The translations under genes and the position numbers were made by a program. A DNA stretch of 64,000 bases from Thermoplasmata archaeon (GTDB lineage Archaea > Thermoplasmatota > Thermoplasmata > Lutacidiplasmatales > UBA184): NCBI GenBank assembly GCA_049591535.1, contig JBAWFC010000042.1:437-64436 (forward strand), in the 5' to 3' direction. Positions 50,597 through 59,117 of this stretch are shown here, piece by piece (position 1 is the stretch's first letter; every line of letters starts with the position of its first letter). The notes under the pieces were generated by a model, which made no database searches, was not told the DNA's origin, and saw nothing but the letters and a program-made list of their open reading frames with translations.

Positions 50597-51324
50597 GGAC
50601 GGGCCTCGGGAGCCGAGGAACCGCCGTCGCGGATAACGGGTGCGACGGACGCCGCGGGCACGTAGGTGACGACGTAGCCTTCGCCGAGACGCTCGAGGGA
50701 GATCACCCGGAGGCCCACGGTCTCGTCCGGCCCGTTGGCCTCGGGTCCTCGGGCGACCGGGGGCGCGGTCGTGCCGCCGATCACCCGCGGAGCGTAGTAG
50801 ATGGTGAACCGGTCGAAGAGCCCTCCCCGGAGAACGCTCGAGAGGATCTCCGCACCGCCTTCGACCATCAGCCGTCGGATCCCGAGGCCGTGAAGCTGCA
50901 CGAACAGCTCGGCGAGGTCGACCGTCGTCCGGCCCGTGACGATCGTCCGGGTCGGCGGAGCGAACGACCGGGTGCACCGCTCGGACGTGGCGACGATCGT
51001 CGGAAGGCTCCCGTCCAGGACCCGCGCGCCGGCCGGCGTCCGCCCCGTGGAGTCGACCACGACGCGGGTCGGGGACGTACCTTCCGGCTGGCCGAGGAGG
51101 TCCCAGTGGACGCGCAGCGATGGGTCGTCCTTCACTACGGTGCCGACCCCCACCAGGAGCGCGTCGGCGTTCGCCCTCAGCTGTTGGACGCGTCGGAGGT
51201 CCTCGGGAGACGAGAGGAGGGCGCGCCGGCCGCCGGCGTAGGCGAGGCGACCGTCCGCGGACGACGCGCAATTGACCCAGACGGCCGGTCGGACCGCGGG
51301 GGCGTCGGGGGCCGCGTCCGCCAT
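50593..51324 (-). CDS. Diaminohydroxyphosphoribosylaminopyrimidine reductase (RibD C-terminal / archaeal riboflavin reductase type)
   Basis: It reads VNCASSADGRLA...RANADALLVGVGTVVKDDPSL...RVVVDSTGR...RLMVEGGAEILSSVLRGGLFD. The length is 243 aa. Confidence 0.75.
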   Translation of the reverse strand: MADAAPDAPAVRPAVWVNCASSADGRLAYAGGRRALLSSPEDLRRVQQLRANADALLVGVGTVVKDDPSLRVHWDLLGQPEGTSPTRVVVDSTGRTPAGARVLDGSLPTIVATSERCTRSFAPPTRTIVTGRTTVDLAELFVQLHGLGIRRLMVEGGAEILSSVLRGGLFDRFTIYYAPRVIGGTTAPPVARGPEANGPDETVGLRVISLERLGEGYVVTYVPAASVAPVIRDGGSSAPEARP

Positions 51325-51329
51325 CCGCG

Positions 51330-52805
51330 CTACCCCTTCGGTCGCAGCCGCGCCGCTTCCGTCTCGACCGCCTCGGTGGGCTCTCCGGCGGCCTTCAGGT
51401 CGTCCAGGTTGATCGCGACGTTGGCGAGCGCGCCCTCGGTCGCTGCCCGGAACAGGGCCAAGGCACTCACGAAGTCACTTCCGAGCGCCGGCTTCGTCCG
51501 TGCACGGACCGCTTCGAGTCGGACCGCGAGCTCCTGGGAGAGCCGTGCGGTCTCGAGCGGAACCGACGCCGCGCCCCGGAGCGTGGCCCGGTAGGTCGCC
51601 TCCACCGCGGCGTCGCCGGGTCGCTCCTTCCGCACCCTCCGGGCCGCTCGGACCGCCTCATACGATTGTGCGTCCTCCTCTACGAGCGCGAGCAGTCTTC
51701 GCCGACCGTCGTTCAGCACCTGCCGCACCTCCGCGAGCTCGTCGGGTGGTTTCGCCGGATCGATCGAGTAGGAGAGAACCATCTCTCCCAGCGCCGCGCC
51801 GAGCGCTCCCGCGGCGGCCGAGGCGCTACCGCCGCCCGGAGTCGGGGTGCGTGCCGCGAGACGGTCGCTGAACCCCGTGAGGCTCTCGCCGCCCCGGGTC
51901 GCCGCTTCGACGCCGCGGACCTTCCGTTCCAGGACGGCCGTCCGCTGGAAGGCGTGGAGCTGCAGGTAGTACTCGGCCGCGTCGAACAGCGCGTCCTCCG
52001 GGACCAGGCCCACGATCTCGGACTCCTCGATCCCGACCCCGTACCGTTGCGCCTCGCGCCGGACCGCCTCGAGCGCCCGATGGACCGGCGTCGTCCGGTA
52101 GTCGGTGAGGTTCATCGAGACCTGGGCGCGCTGCCGCTCGGGGATCTCGAAGCCGAGCGCCTTCACCTCGGGAAGGCCGCCGTCCCGGGCGCGGACGGTG
52201 CGAGCGATCTTCTTCGCGATCGCAACGTCCGGGGTCGTGAGATACGCGTTGAACGCGATGAGCACGGGACGCGCGCCGATGGCGACGGCGCCCGCGCTCG
52301 GGTGGACTTTCGGAGGCCCGAAGTCCGGCGCGCGGGCCGGGTCGGTGCCGATCGTGTCCCGTATCCCCTCGAACTGGCCTTCCCGAACCTTGGCGAGGTC
52401 GACTCGGTCCGGCCGACGGGCCGCGGACGCGTACAGGTAGACCGGGATCTCGAGCTCCTTCGCGACCCGCGCCCCCAGGCGCTCGGCGAGTCGCACCGCG
52501 TCCTCCATCGTCGACGTCCCGAGGGGAACGAACGGGACGACGTCCGTGGCGCCCATGCGCGGGTGCTCTCCGTGGTGTTGGGTGAGGTCGATCGTCGCCG
52601 TCGCGACCGACATCATCCGGAAGACCGCGTCCAGCAGCGCATCCCCCTCGCCGACGAGGCTGATGACGCACCGGTGGTGGGCCGCGTCGCGCTCCACGTC
52701 GAGCACGGTGACCCCGGCGACCTCGCGGGCCGCCGCGGCGATCCGTTCGACCTTCGCCGCGTCCTTTCCCTCCGAGAAGTTCGGAACGCACTCAAAGGGG
52801 CTCAT
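51330..52805 (-). CDS. ftcD: Glutamate formimidoyltransferase-cyclodeaminase
   Basis: It reads MSPFECVPNFSEGKD...HPRMGATDVVPFVP... and has a C-terminal cyclodeaminase helical domain (TPTPGGGSASAAAGALGAAL). ATG 52805 overlaps the fen1 stop (ATGA). Confidence 0.85.
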   Translation of the reverse strand: MSPFECVPNFSEGKDAAKVERIAAAAREVAGVTVLDVERDAAHHRCVISLVGEGDALLDAVFRMMSVATATIDLTQHHGEHPRMGATDVVPFVPLGTSTMEDAVRLAERLGARVAKELEIPVYLYASAARRPDRVDLAKVREGQFEGIRDTIGTDPARAPDFGPPKVHPSAGAVAIGARPVLIAFNAYLTTPDVAIAKKIARTVRARDGGLPEVKALGFEIPERQRAQVSMNLTDYRTTPVHRALEAVRREAQRYGVGIEESEIVGLVPEDALFDAAEYYLQLHAFQRTAVLERKVRGVEAATRGGESLTGFSDRLAARTPTPGGGSASAAAGALGAALGEMVLSYSIDPAKPPDELAEVRQVLNDGRRRLLALVEEDAQSYEAVRAARRVRKERPGDAAVEATYRATLRGAASVPLETARLSQELAVRLEAVRARTKPALGSDFVSALALFRAATEGALANVAINLDDLKAAGEPTEAVETEAARLRPKG

Positions 52806-53836
52806 TCCGGAGGTCCCCCGAACGTTTCGAGGAGGGTCTGATGCCCCCGGGCCTCGGAGGGGGTGGCGACCGCGGGTGGCCGCTGGCGGGCGCGGGCGAC
52901 GGCCGACCGGACCCGTTCCTCGGAGAATCCGTGTCCGTCGACCAGGATACGGCAGACCGCGTCCTCGTCGACGGGCCCGAACGCGAGCGGCACGACCTCG
53001 GTCGCGAGCGGGTGACGGAAGATCTCCGCGACCTCCTCCGCTTCGGTGGGTTCCAGGCCCACCTTCTCCATCGTCGCCCGGAACCCGAGGTGTTCCTGCA
53101 CGACCTTGAGCGCCTTCTTCGGCCCATAGCCCGCGGCGCCGTCGTTGAAGTCGGTGCCGATGATGACCCCGACCGCGATCAATTCGTCCCCGTCGATCCC
53201 GAGGCGGGCGAGGAGTTCGGTCCGGTCGACGAACTGGGCCCCCGGGGTCGAACCGCTTCGGCCCCGAGCGGCGAGGCCCCGAACGAGCCGCGGAGCGCCG
53301 AACAAGAGGGTATCGTAATCCTCCGAAGCGCTGGCCCACACCGTTCCCTTCGCCGACATCACCGCGGCCTGCGCCTCGCCCTCGCCCGGCGCCTGGACGG
53401 TCGGCACCCCCATTCCGCCGAGGAGCTGGGTGAGCTCCTCGACCATCGGTCGGGTCAATCGCGAGGTCTGTGCGGCCTTCCGGCGAGCGGTCTCGAGGTC
53501 GCCCGCGGCGAGCGCCTCCTGGTACTGCGACTCGGCCTTCTCCTTCGCGACGATCCGCTGCCGGATCGTCCCGGCCTTTCGCTCGGGTGGTTTGCCGTCA
53601 AAGACCCAGACCGGCAGGACCCCCTGCTGGAGCAGGGAGGTGGTACGGTAGAACGTGCCCATCAGATGACTCGTCACCCGGCCCTCGGGGTCGGAGAATA
53701 ATTGACCGTCCTTCTGCCGAATCGTCGCCAGGAACTGGTACGCCGCGTTGAAGCCGTCGACCGCCAGCGTCCGGCCGGCCAGAGCGTCCCAGGGAAGCTC
53801 CTGGGCGGCGACGAGGTCCTTGAGCGGGAGCCCCAC
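52802..53836 (-). CDS. fen: Flap endonuclease 1
   Basis: GTG 53836 gives VGLPLKDLV...LAVDGFNAAYQFL...PVWVFDGKPP...APGEGEAQAA...SEDYDTLLFG...GTDFN. The Arg/Pro-rich N terminus of track ORF 52802..54142 was rejected. Confidence 0.88.
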   Translation of the reverse strand: MGLPLKDLVAAQELPWDALAGRTLAVDGFNAAYQFLATIRQKDGQLFSDPEGRVTSHLMGTFYRTTSLLQQGVLPVWVFDGKPPERKAGTIRQRIVAKEKAESQYQEALAAGDLETARRKAAQTSRLTRPMVEELTQLLGGMGVPTVQAPGEGEAQAAVMSAKGTVWASASEDYDTLLFGAPRLVRGLAARGRSGSTPGAQFVDRTELLARLGIDGDELIAVGVIIGTDFNDGAAGYGPKKALKVVQEHLGFRATMEKVGLEPTEAEEVAEIFRHPLATEVVPLAFGPVDEDAVCRILVDGHGFSEERVRSAVARARQRPPAVATPSEARGHQTLLETFGGPPE

Positions 53837-54033
53837 GTCGTTCGCCGAGCGGAGTCGAGTACTTGGAGTTTTGCGGCGAGCGACCGGTACCTTCTCCGCC
53901 GGGGGTCCGGACACCCCCCCGGGCCCGGGCGCGTACGGGAACGAAATCGCGCGAGGCGGCCGTCCCGGAACCGCGGGACGTCCGGTTCCCCGTCCTCTAA
54001 AGAACCCGAGCCGAATGGGGTCGGGCGGTTCGC

Positions 54034-54831
54034 ATGGAGTTCTCGTGGCACGAAGAAGGGCCGCCCGAAACCAACTTCGGCGCCGGTTCGGTCGTGGTTT
54101 CCGCGTTCCCGAGCGCCGGACTCGCGACGATCGTCGCCGCACACTACATCGTGCGCTCGCTCCGGTTGCCCCGGATCGGCCGATTCGAGTCGCCGGATCT
54201 TGCTCCGGTCGCGGTGGTCCAAGCCGGACAGGTGAACCCGACGGTCCGTGTCTACGGTCGTCCCGACCTCGCGCTCGTCCTATCGGAGTTTCCGCCCAGT
54301 CCGGGCCAGGCGACCGCGATCGCGCGAACGATCCTCGATAACGCCGAGCGGCGCAAGGCGCGGGCCGTGATCTGCCTCGAGGGAGTCGTCCCGCATCCGG
54401 AGGTCGAGGGCGCCGATGGAACTCCGGACCTCGCGCCGTCGGACGAACAGGTCTGGGTCGCTTACTCCCGAAGGGATCCGGCGTTCGTCCGGGGGTTCGA
54501 GGCGGCGAAGGCGCGGACCCTCGAGGAAGGCGTCATCGGCGGCGTGTCGGGGGCGCTGCTGGTCCAGGGACTCGGGCGGAGCGTTCCGGTCGCGGTGCTG
54601 CTCGTGAGCGCCCGGGTCGCCGAGGGTCTTCCCGACCACCGCGCCGGAGCGGCGCTGATCGAGACGCTCGAACGGGTGCTCCCCGAACTCAAGATCGACA
54701 CCGGACCTCTCCGGGCCCAGGCCGAGCAGATCGAGAAGGCGCTGCGGGCCGTCATGAAGTCGGGACACGGCGCTCCGGGGTCCCCCGCGCCGGAACCCGA
54801 CCGGCCGGCGTCCCCCGAGATGTACCGCTGA
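54034..54831 (+). CDS. PAC2-family protein (proteasome-assembly-chaperone-like)
   Basis: It reads VVVSAFPSAGLATIVAAHYIVRSLRL...GVIGGVSGALLVQG. The layout is typical of archaeal PAC2/Pba proteins, but this is recognised from memory only. Confidence 0.55.
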   Translation: MEFSWHEEGPPETNFGAGSVVVSAFPSAGLATIVAAHYIVRSLRLPRIGRFESPDLAPVAVVQAGQVNPTVRVYGRPDLALVLSEFPPSPGQATAIARTILDNAERRKARAVICLEGVVPHPEVEGADGTPDLAPSDEQVWVAYSRRDPAFVRGFEAAKARTLEEGVIGGVSGALLVQGLGRSVPVAVLLVSARVAEGLPDHRAGAALIETLERVLPELKIDTGPLRAQAEQIEKALRAVMKSGHGAPGSPAPEPDRPASPEMYR

Positions 54832-54857
54832 TCGGGCCGGAGTCGCTCGGGGCGGGG

Positions 54858-55025
54858 TTACGGGAACGTGTCGGTGTACGTCAGCAGGTAGAAGGCGCCC
54901 AGGACCATCGCACCGATCTCGACCAGGATGGCGATGGGGTTCGAGGCGAACCAGACGACCGTCGCTCCGATGAGGATCGACGGGACGATCAGGAGGAAGA
55001 TGACCGTGAACCAGCGTCCGTCCAT
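54858..55025 (-). CDS. Small membrane protein (55 aa, 2 TM helices)
   Basis: It reads MDGRWFTVIFLLIVPSILIGATVVWFASNPIAILVEIGAMVLGAFYLLTYTDTFP. A TATA-like CCTTAAG lies 26-32 nt upstream of ATG 55025. Confidence 0.5.
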   Translation of the reverse strand: MDGRWFTVIFLLIVPSILIGATVVWFASNPIAILVEIGAMVLGAFYLLTYTDTFP

Positions 55026-55191
55026 CCTCAAGTACCGAGCCGGAGCCGTTCTTAAGGCTGATAGCCCGCCGCCCGTGGGTCCCCCGGAGCACTCGGCTCG
55101 CGCGCCCGCCTCCCCGACGGCGGCTTCGGCGCCCAGTCTCACCGACCCGCGGACGGGGGGGCTTGACCCCGGGCGCTGCTCGCTTCCCGGT

Positions 55192-56115
55192 TCAGAGGAT
55201 GGTGGGAGGCCGGGCTTCCGCCTCGACCTCGAACGTCAGCTCCACCTCGGCCTCCCGGCCGCCCACGGCGGGAAGGAGCGGGGGGAGCTCGGAAGGCGCC
55301 TCGGGGGCCGGTGGGACCACCCCGAGCGCGGCTATCTCGGCCGCGGGGATCCGGTTCATCGGTCCCTCTTCGACCGAACGGGTGATCTGCAAGGCCTCGA
55401 TCATCGCTTCGACCGGGGCGACGAACGAGGTTTCGATGTGGTGCTCGATGACGCTCGCCCAGTGGTGGGTGACGGCGGTGAACGGCGTTCGGCCCTGGGT
55501 CCGGACGAGGCTCTCGTTGTCGAGCGTCTGGATCGTGGCGTGACCCCGGGCGTGCCGCTCGACATACGAGTCGACGAACTCGAGCCGACCGATCGTTCGA
55601 TCGGCGACGGCCCGTCGCTCCCCTTCGCAGAGGAACGGTTTGATCACGAAGGCGCTCACGACCTCACAGTTGCGGCAGGCCGCGGCCAGGATGTGCGGGA
55701 AGGCTCCGCTCCCCGCGCCTCCGCCGAGGCTTCCCACGAGAATGACGAAAGTTGCCCCGCGGAAGATGCGGTCGAGAGCGGGTTCCGCCGCGCGAGCGAG
55801 CGTTCCGCCGACGACGGAGGAGCCGCCGGTGTCGGTTTCGGCGCCGGTGTCGGGCCCGAGGTAGACCCGACGATCGAACTCGTCGTACCCCTGGACCTTC
55901 GGGTCGCAATTGATCGCGACGGTCTCCAAGTGCCGAATGTGCTGACGCGCGATCTCACTTCCGACCCGAATCGCTCCGCCGCCGACAGCGACCAGAACGA
56001 AGCGAACGTCCTGACCGAGGCGAAGGTGGTCGGTCCACCCGTCCTCGATCGGTTCGCCGTATCCCAGCGCGGAGTTTCGGTCACCCGTCGTTCGCTCGGC
56101 CTCGTAGACTCCCAC
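55192..56115 (-). CDS. FtsZ/tubulin-superfamily GTPase-domain protein lacking a recognisable C-terminal (T7-loop) domain
   Basis: It aligns by eye with the FtsZ N-terminal domain: VAVGGGAIRVGS (T1), TVAINCD, VGSLGGGAGSGAFPHI (GGGTGTG signature), IKPFLCEGERR and TLDNESL. After about residue 215 there is no NxDFAD-type T7 loop, only an Ala/Pro/Glu-rich tail. It starts at GTG. Confidence 0.7.
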   Translation of the reverse strand: MGVYEAERTTGDRNSALGYGEPIEDGWTDHLRLGQDVRFVLVAVGGGAIRVGSEIARQHIRHLETVAINCDPKVQGYDEFDRRVYLGPDTGAETDTGGSSVVGGTLARAAEPALDRIFRGATFVILVGSLGGGAGSGAFPHILAAACRNCEVVSAFVIKPFLCEGERRAVADRTIGRLEFVDSYVERHARGHATIQTLDNESLVRTQGRTPFTAVTHHWASVIEHHIETSFVAPVEAMIEALQITRSVEEGPMNRIPAAEIAALGVVPPAPEAPSELPPLLPAVGGREAEVELTFEVEAEARPPTIL

Positions 56116-56154
56116 AACCTACCCCTGTACTGCCTTCCACGATCGTTCGTCCGA

Positions 56155-56655
56155 CTACCGCCCGACGACCCCCTTTCGCTCCAGGTCCTTGGCACTCTCC
56201 TGGAGGGCTCCCGCTTGCGTCCGGCTTTCGACCGCTTCGCGCACCGTTGCGCGAGCTCGGGCCACGAGCTCGTGGACCTTCATCTCGGACTCGCCGCGGC
56301 GGACGATCTCGGCGAGGAGGTCCCTCACCGGTCGGCCGTTCGCGATGTGCCGGGAGTAGGCCTCGAAGGCGGCGTACTCGTCCGGGCGTAGGCGCACGGG
56401 GACTTCGATGAAGCCCTCGGCATCCGCAGGGGGCGTTGGCGCGGTCGACAGAGCGCGGGAACGCAGGAATGCGTGCAGCGCTGCCCGCATCAGCTCCGAA
56501 CGGGTCTCGAACTCGCCGTTGGCCACGAACGAGTCGACCAGCTGGAGCTCCTTGCGGTTGCACCGTAGGGCGATGCGCGCATCCTCCGTTCCGTCCCGGC
56601 GGTCGTCCGGCTCCTGCGAGGGAGCGGATTTCCGCGACGAACCTTTGTCGAACAC
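56155..56655 (-). CDS. Tandem ribbon-helix-helix (CopG/Arc-like) DNA-binding protein
   Basis: RHH-1 is ARIALRCNRKELQLVDSFVANGEFETRSELMRAALHAFL and RHH-2 is IEVPVRLRPDEYAAFEAYSRHIANGRPVRDLLAEIVRRG. The preferred start is GTG 56655, which has TTTAAGTA 28 nt upstream; the track ORF extends to 56742 through AT-rich DNA. Confidence 0.6.
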   Translation of the reverse strand: MFDKGSSRKSAPSQEPDDRRDGTEDARIALRCNRKELQLVDSFVANGEFETRSELMRAALHAFLRSRALSTAPTPPADAEGFIEVPVRLRPDEYAAFEAYSRHIANGRPVRDLLAEIVRRGESEMKVHELVARARATVREAVESRTQAGALQESAKDLERKGVVGR

Positions 56656-56967
56656 AGCTACGCACAGGCATGTTAATTCCTGATACTTAAACAAACGCTC
56701 GATTGATTGACGTGAACGCGTGGCGTCGCGGGAACACATCATTTTCTGACGTGTCGAACAACATCTAGACCTCGTCGAACGCCTCGTATCCGCCCGGAGG
56801 GGTCAGTATAACACCGCCCCGGATCCGCGTCGATTCCGGGCCGATCGGGCATCGCGAAGGATTCGCGGTGCACGCACCCCAAACCCATCCTCTGGACGCC
56901 CCGCCCGCAGGCCCGAGTGCCGTTCTTCACGTCGCACGCTCTCGGGGCGAACCGGAGCTATGTTCGG

Positions 56968-56980
56968 TATAGATTCTATA
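56968..56980. promoter_or_regulatory. Palindromic TATA-like element TATAGA-T-TCTATA
   Basis: It has perfect 6-bp inverted arms in an AT-rich island of a GC-rich genome. It is followed at 56989-56998 by ATGCGCATTG, and no convincing ORF lies downstream on either side. Confidence 0.35.
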
Positions 56981-57345
56981 TACTAGTGATGCGCATTGGT
57001 ACTCCGTCAGCCGATGGGACGAGCTCGGGAGCCATGGACACGACGCGCGGCGTCGTTGTGGAAGCGGGTCTTCGGTCCCCCGGGGTCGCCTACCGCATCG
57101 GTTCGTCCGTCCCACGTGGAACCGCTGAGCGACCCGGTCGCTAGCTTCTGGGCCCGAAACCCGTAATCCTCGGTGGCACGGCCCCGCGGAGTTCCTACCG
57201 GACCGCTCCGACCCCTGGCCCTACGGTCCCCACTCTCGGTTCGCCACCGCTCCGTGGACTCTCGCCCTCCGAGGGCCGTCCTGGGTCTCGGGGGCGGGAA
57301 GATCTCCCTCGGACTCCTTCGCGTTCGAGAAGAGTCGGATCGGTC

Positions 57346-58134
57346 TCACAAGCCAGCCGTAGGAGGAGTTCCCTGACCCCCCGAAGGACCGGTCGTCGCT
57401 CCGGCCGAGGGGGGCGGAGTTGCGACAGGGGTGGTCCCAGGACTGGTTGGCGGGGGCGTGGCCGACGGGGGTCCGTTTACCGAGGGCGCCGCGGGGCGTC
57501 CCCTCGCCACCGCCACGTGCGCGTCGAGATAAGCCGCGAGGAGCAGGAAGTAGGAGATGAACAGGTAGGATGCAAGGTAGTCCACGGGTCCGATCAGGGA
57601 TTCCACCGAGAACGATCGCGCCGAGATGTCCCCGAGGATGGTGGGGAGATCTGCCGCCAACGCCTGGGCGACGAAGGCGGAGACGACCAGCGCCCAGAGA
57701 GAGGAGGCGATGAGGACGCCCTTACTGGGGCGCGTCACCAAGTGAAACACGAGCTGCGCGTACGTGACGAACGTCCCGAGGACGAACGAGCCGACGGCGG
57801 CGCCGAACAGCGCCTCGGCCCACAGGGGAGATCCTACGGAAGGGTACACGGTCAGGAGGACGAGCTCCGCCCCCGCGACGACGCCCGCGAGAAGGCTCAG
57901 GCCGAAGATCTGATTCGCCCGACGCACGCGCGCCCGGTGCAACTCATCCCATTCGTGCCTCCCGATCAGGAGGAACAATAGCCCCAGCAAGGTGACGACC
58001 GAAGGGAGCAGAAAGAGGAGGCTCGTTCCCGGTAGGAACGAGCCGGCGGTGAGGAGCGAGTACGCTTCGGCGCCTCCCTCTACCGCAAACCCAATCGATA
58101 GGATGGTAAGGCTGATCCGCAGATTGGTCGTCAT
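57346..58134 (-). CDS. Polytopic membrane protein with a Pro/Thr-rich C-terminal tail
   Basis: The start was taken at MTTNLRISLTILSIGFAV (ATG 58134) inside track ORF 57346..58422. It has about 6-7 hydrophobic helices and a PPSATPPPTSPGTTPVATPPPS tail. Confidence 0.55.
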   Translation of the reverse strand: MTTNLRISLTILSIGFAVEGGAEAYSLLTAGSFLPGTSLLFLLPSVVTLLGLLFLLIGRHEWDELHRARVRRANQIFGLSLLAGVVAGAELVLLTVYPSVGSPLWAEALFGAAVGSFVLGTFVTYAQLVFHLVTRPSKGVLIASSLWALVVSAFVAQALAADLPTILGDISARSFSVESLIGPVDYLASYLFISYFLLLAAYLDAHVAVARGRPAAPSVNGPPSATPPPTSPGTTPVATPPPSAGATTGPSGGQGTPPTAGL

Positions 58135-58374
58135 GCACCGCGCCGAGACCCTCCGGTACGTTGGGGTGGATTTGACACCTCCCCGTGCGCCGGACGGAGC
58201 GAGGCGGCAGGTTCGGTGCCGGGGGACCTGGGGGCGGAAGCGATTCGCCCGTGGGCCGTCCGGAACCCGGTGACGATCTCCGACCGCGGTCGACGGCCGG
58301 AGCCGCGGACCGTCCCGGCTTCGAGGGAGAGCGGTGGGGCCGAGCGGACCCGCCGCATGTGCCGATGTGTCATT

Positions 58375-58423
58375 ATGCGCATTGATGCGTATTGCGTCAA
58401 TTGACGTGCTATACGTCGTCAAT
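58375..58423. promoter_or_regulatory. Iteron-like motif cluster: ATGCGCATTG, ATGCGTATTG, the palindrome CGTCAATTGACG and a further CGTCAAT
   Basis: Read directly from the sequence: 58375-84 ATGCGCATTG, 58385-94 ATGCGTATTG, 58395-406 the 12-bp perfect palindrome, and 58417-23 CGTCAAT. The TATA-like TTTTATATAC at 58446-55 follows, upstream of the pilin gene. Confidence 0.45.
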
Positions 58424-58512
58424 CGCCGTTTCCGTAGACATCAACTTTTATATACAACATGCCGGCCATACCCTCACTCGCGGGTCAAACGACCCATCGG
58501 AGGAAAAGCGGA

Positions 58513-59097
58513 ATGAACGTCTTTGGACAGAGCGCGAGAAGTTGGAGAAAGGCGCGGAAGCGCGCGGTATCGCCGATCATCGCGACGATTTTGCTCGTCG
58601 CGATCACGGTCGTGCTGGCCGCAGTGCTGTACGTGCTCATCTCGGGATTGACGCACGGACCCGGTTCGGCCCCCCTCGGGACGAACTTCGGGTGGGGTCA
58701 GCCGGACAACGCCACGGGTACGGCCATCATCGGATGCACGGCGACCACGGCCCACTTCTGCTACAGCATTGAGATCGCGTCGGCGGGCGGAGGAATCACC
58801 ACGCCTTCCGTGGATCTCTCTCTGCGGAACGCCGCGGGCGGAACCGTGGGTTGGCCCTCTGGAGGCGTCACGATCTCGCTGGTCAGCCCGTCGAGCATTA
58901 ACGCGATCGCAACGTACTCTACCACGGCGAACACCTGGGCCCCGGTCGGGTCCTTCTCGGGCGCGTTCGCGAGCGGCCAGTCCATCGTGGTCTACACCAC
59001 GACCGGAACCAACAGCCAGGGCATGTTCGGCGACTCGATCGTAGCCATCGGCGGAAACGGCTACTCGGGCACGGTGGCCTCGGCGTCGTTCTCGTAG
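58513..59097 (+). CDS. Archaeal type IV pilin-like protein (class III signal peptide, Pilin_N/DUF1628-type N terminus)
   Basis: It reads MNVFGQSARSWRKARKRAVSPIIATILLVAITVVLAAVLYVLI, i.e. a charged n-region, a small residue, then a hydrophobic helix of about 22 aa. GGAGG lies 10 nt upstream of ATG 58513. The C-terminal domain is Ser/Thr/Gly-rich. Confidence 0.75.
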   Translation: MNVFGQSARSWRKARKRAVSPIIATILLVAITVVLAAVLYVLISGLTHGPGSAPLGTNFGWGQPDNATGTAIIGCTATTAHFCYSIEIASAGGGITTPSVDLSLRNAAGGTVGWPSGGVTISLVSPSSINAIATYSTTANTWAPVGSFSGAFASGQSIVVYTTTGTNSQGMFGDSIVAIGGNGYSGTVASASFS

Positions 59098-59117
59098 ACT
59101 CCGGACGCTCGGCAAGA

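Noticed and set aside
56739-56930. A 63-aa ORF (GTG 56930) placed 38-50 nt from the palindromic TATA element, considered as a small Cys-containing protein.
   Set aside because: Its codon usage drifts to A/T-ending and rare codons (ata, cta, aga, aaa) towards its end. It has no motif and overlaps the AT-rich promoter of the RHH gene. It is kept only as part of the ORF-poor-segment finding.
57160-57181. CCCGTAATCC…GGTGGCACGG, which is reminiscent of SRP-RNA Alu-domain motifs (UGUAAU and GGUGGC).
   Set aside because: The two motifs are in the opposite order to real SRP RNAs. No helix-8 GNAR/AGCA motif and no 5'/3' closing helix could be found on either strand.
58135-58422. An N-terminal 96-aa extension of the membrane protein (track ORF start 58422) that runs through island B.
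   Set aside because: The extension is Arg/Pro-rich after an AT-rich-encoded start and has no hydrophobic segment. The protein-like sequence begins at MTTNLRISL (58134).
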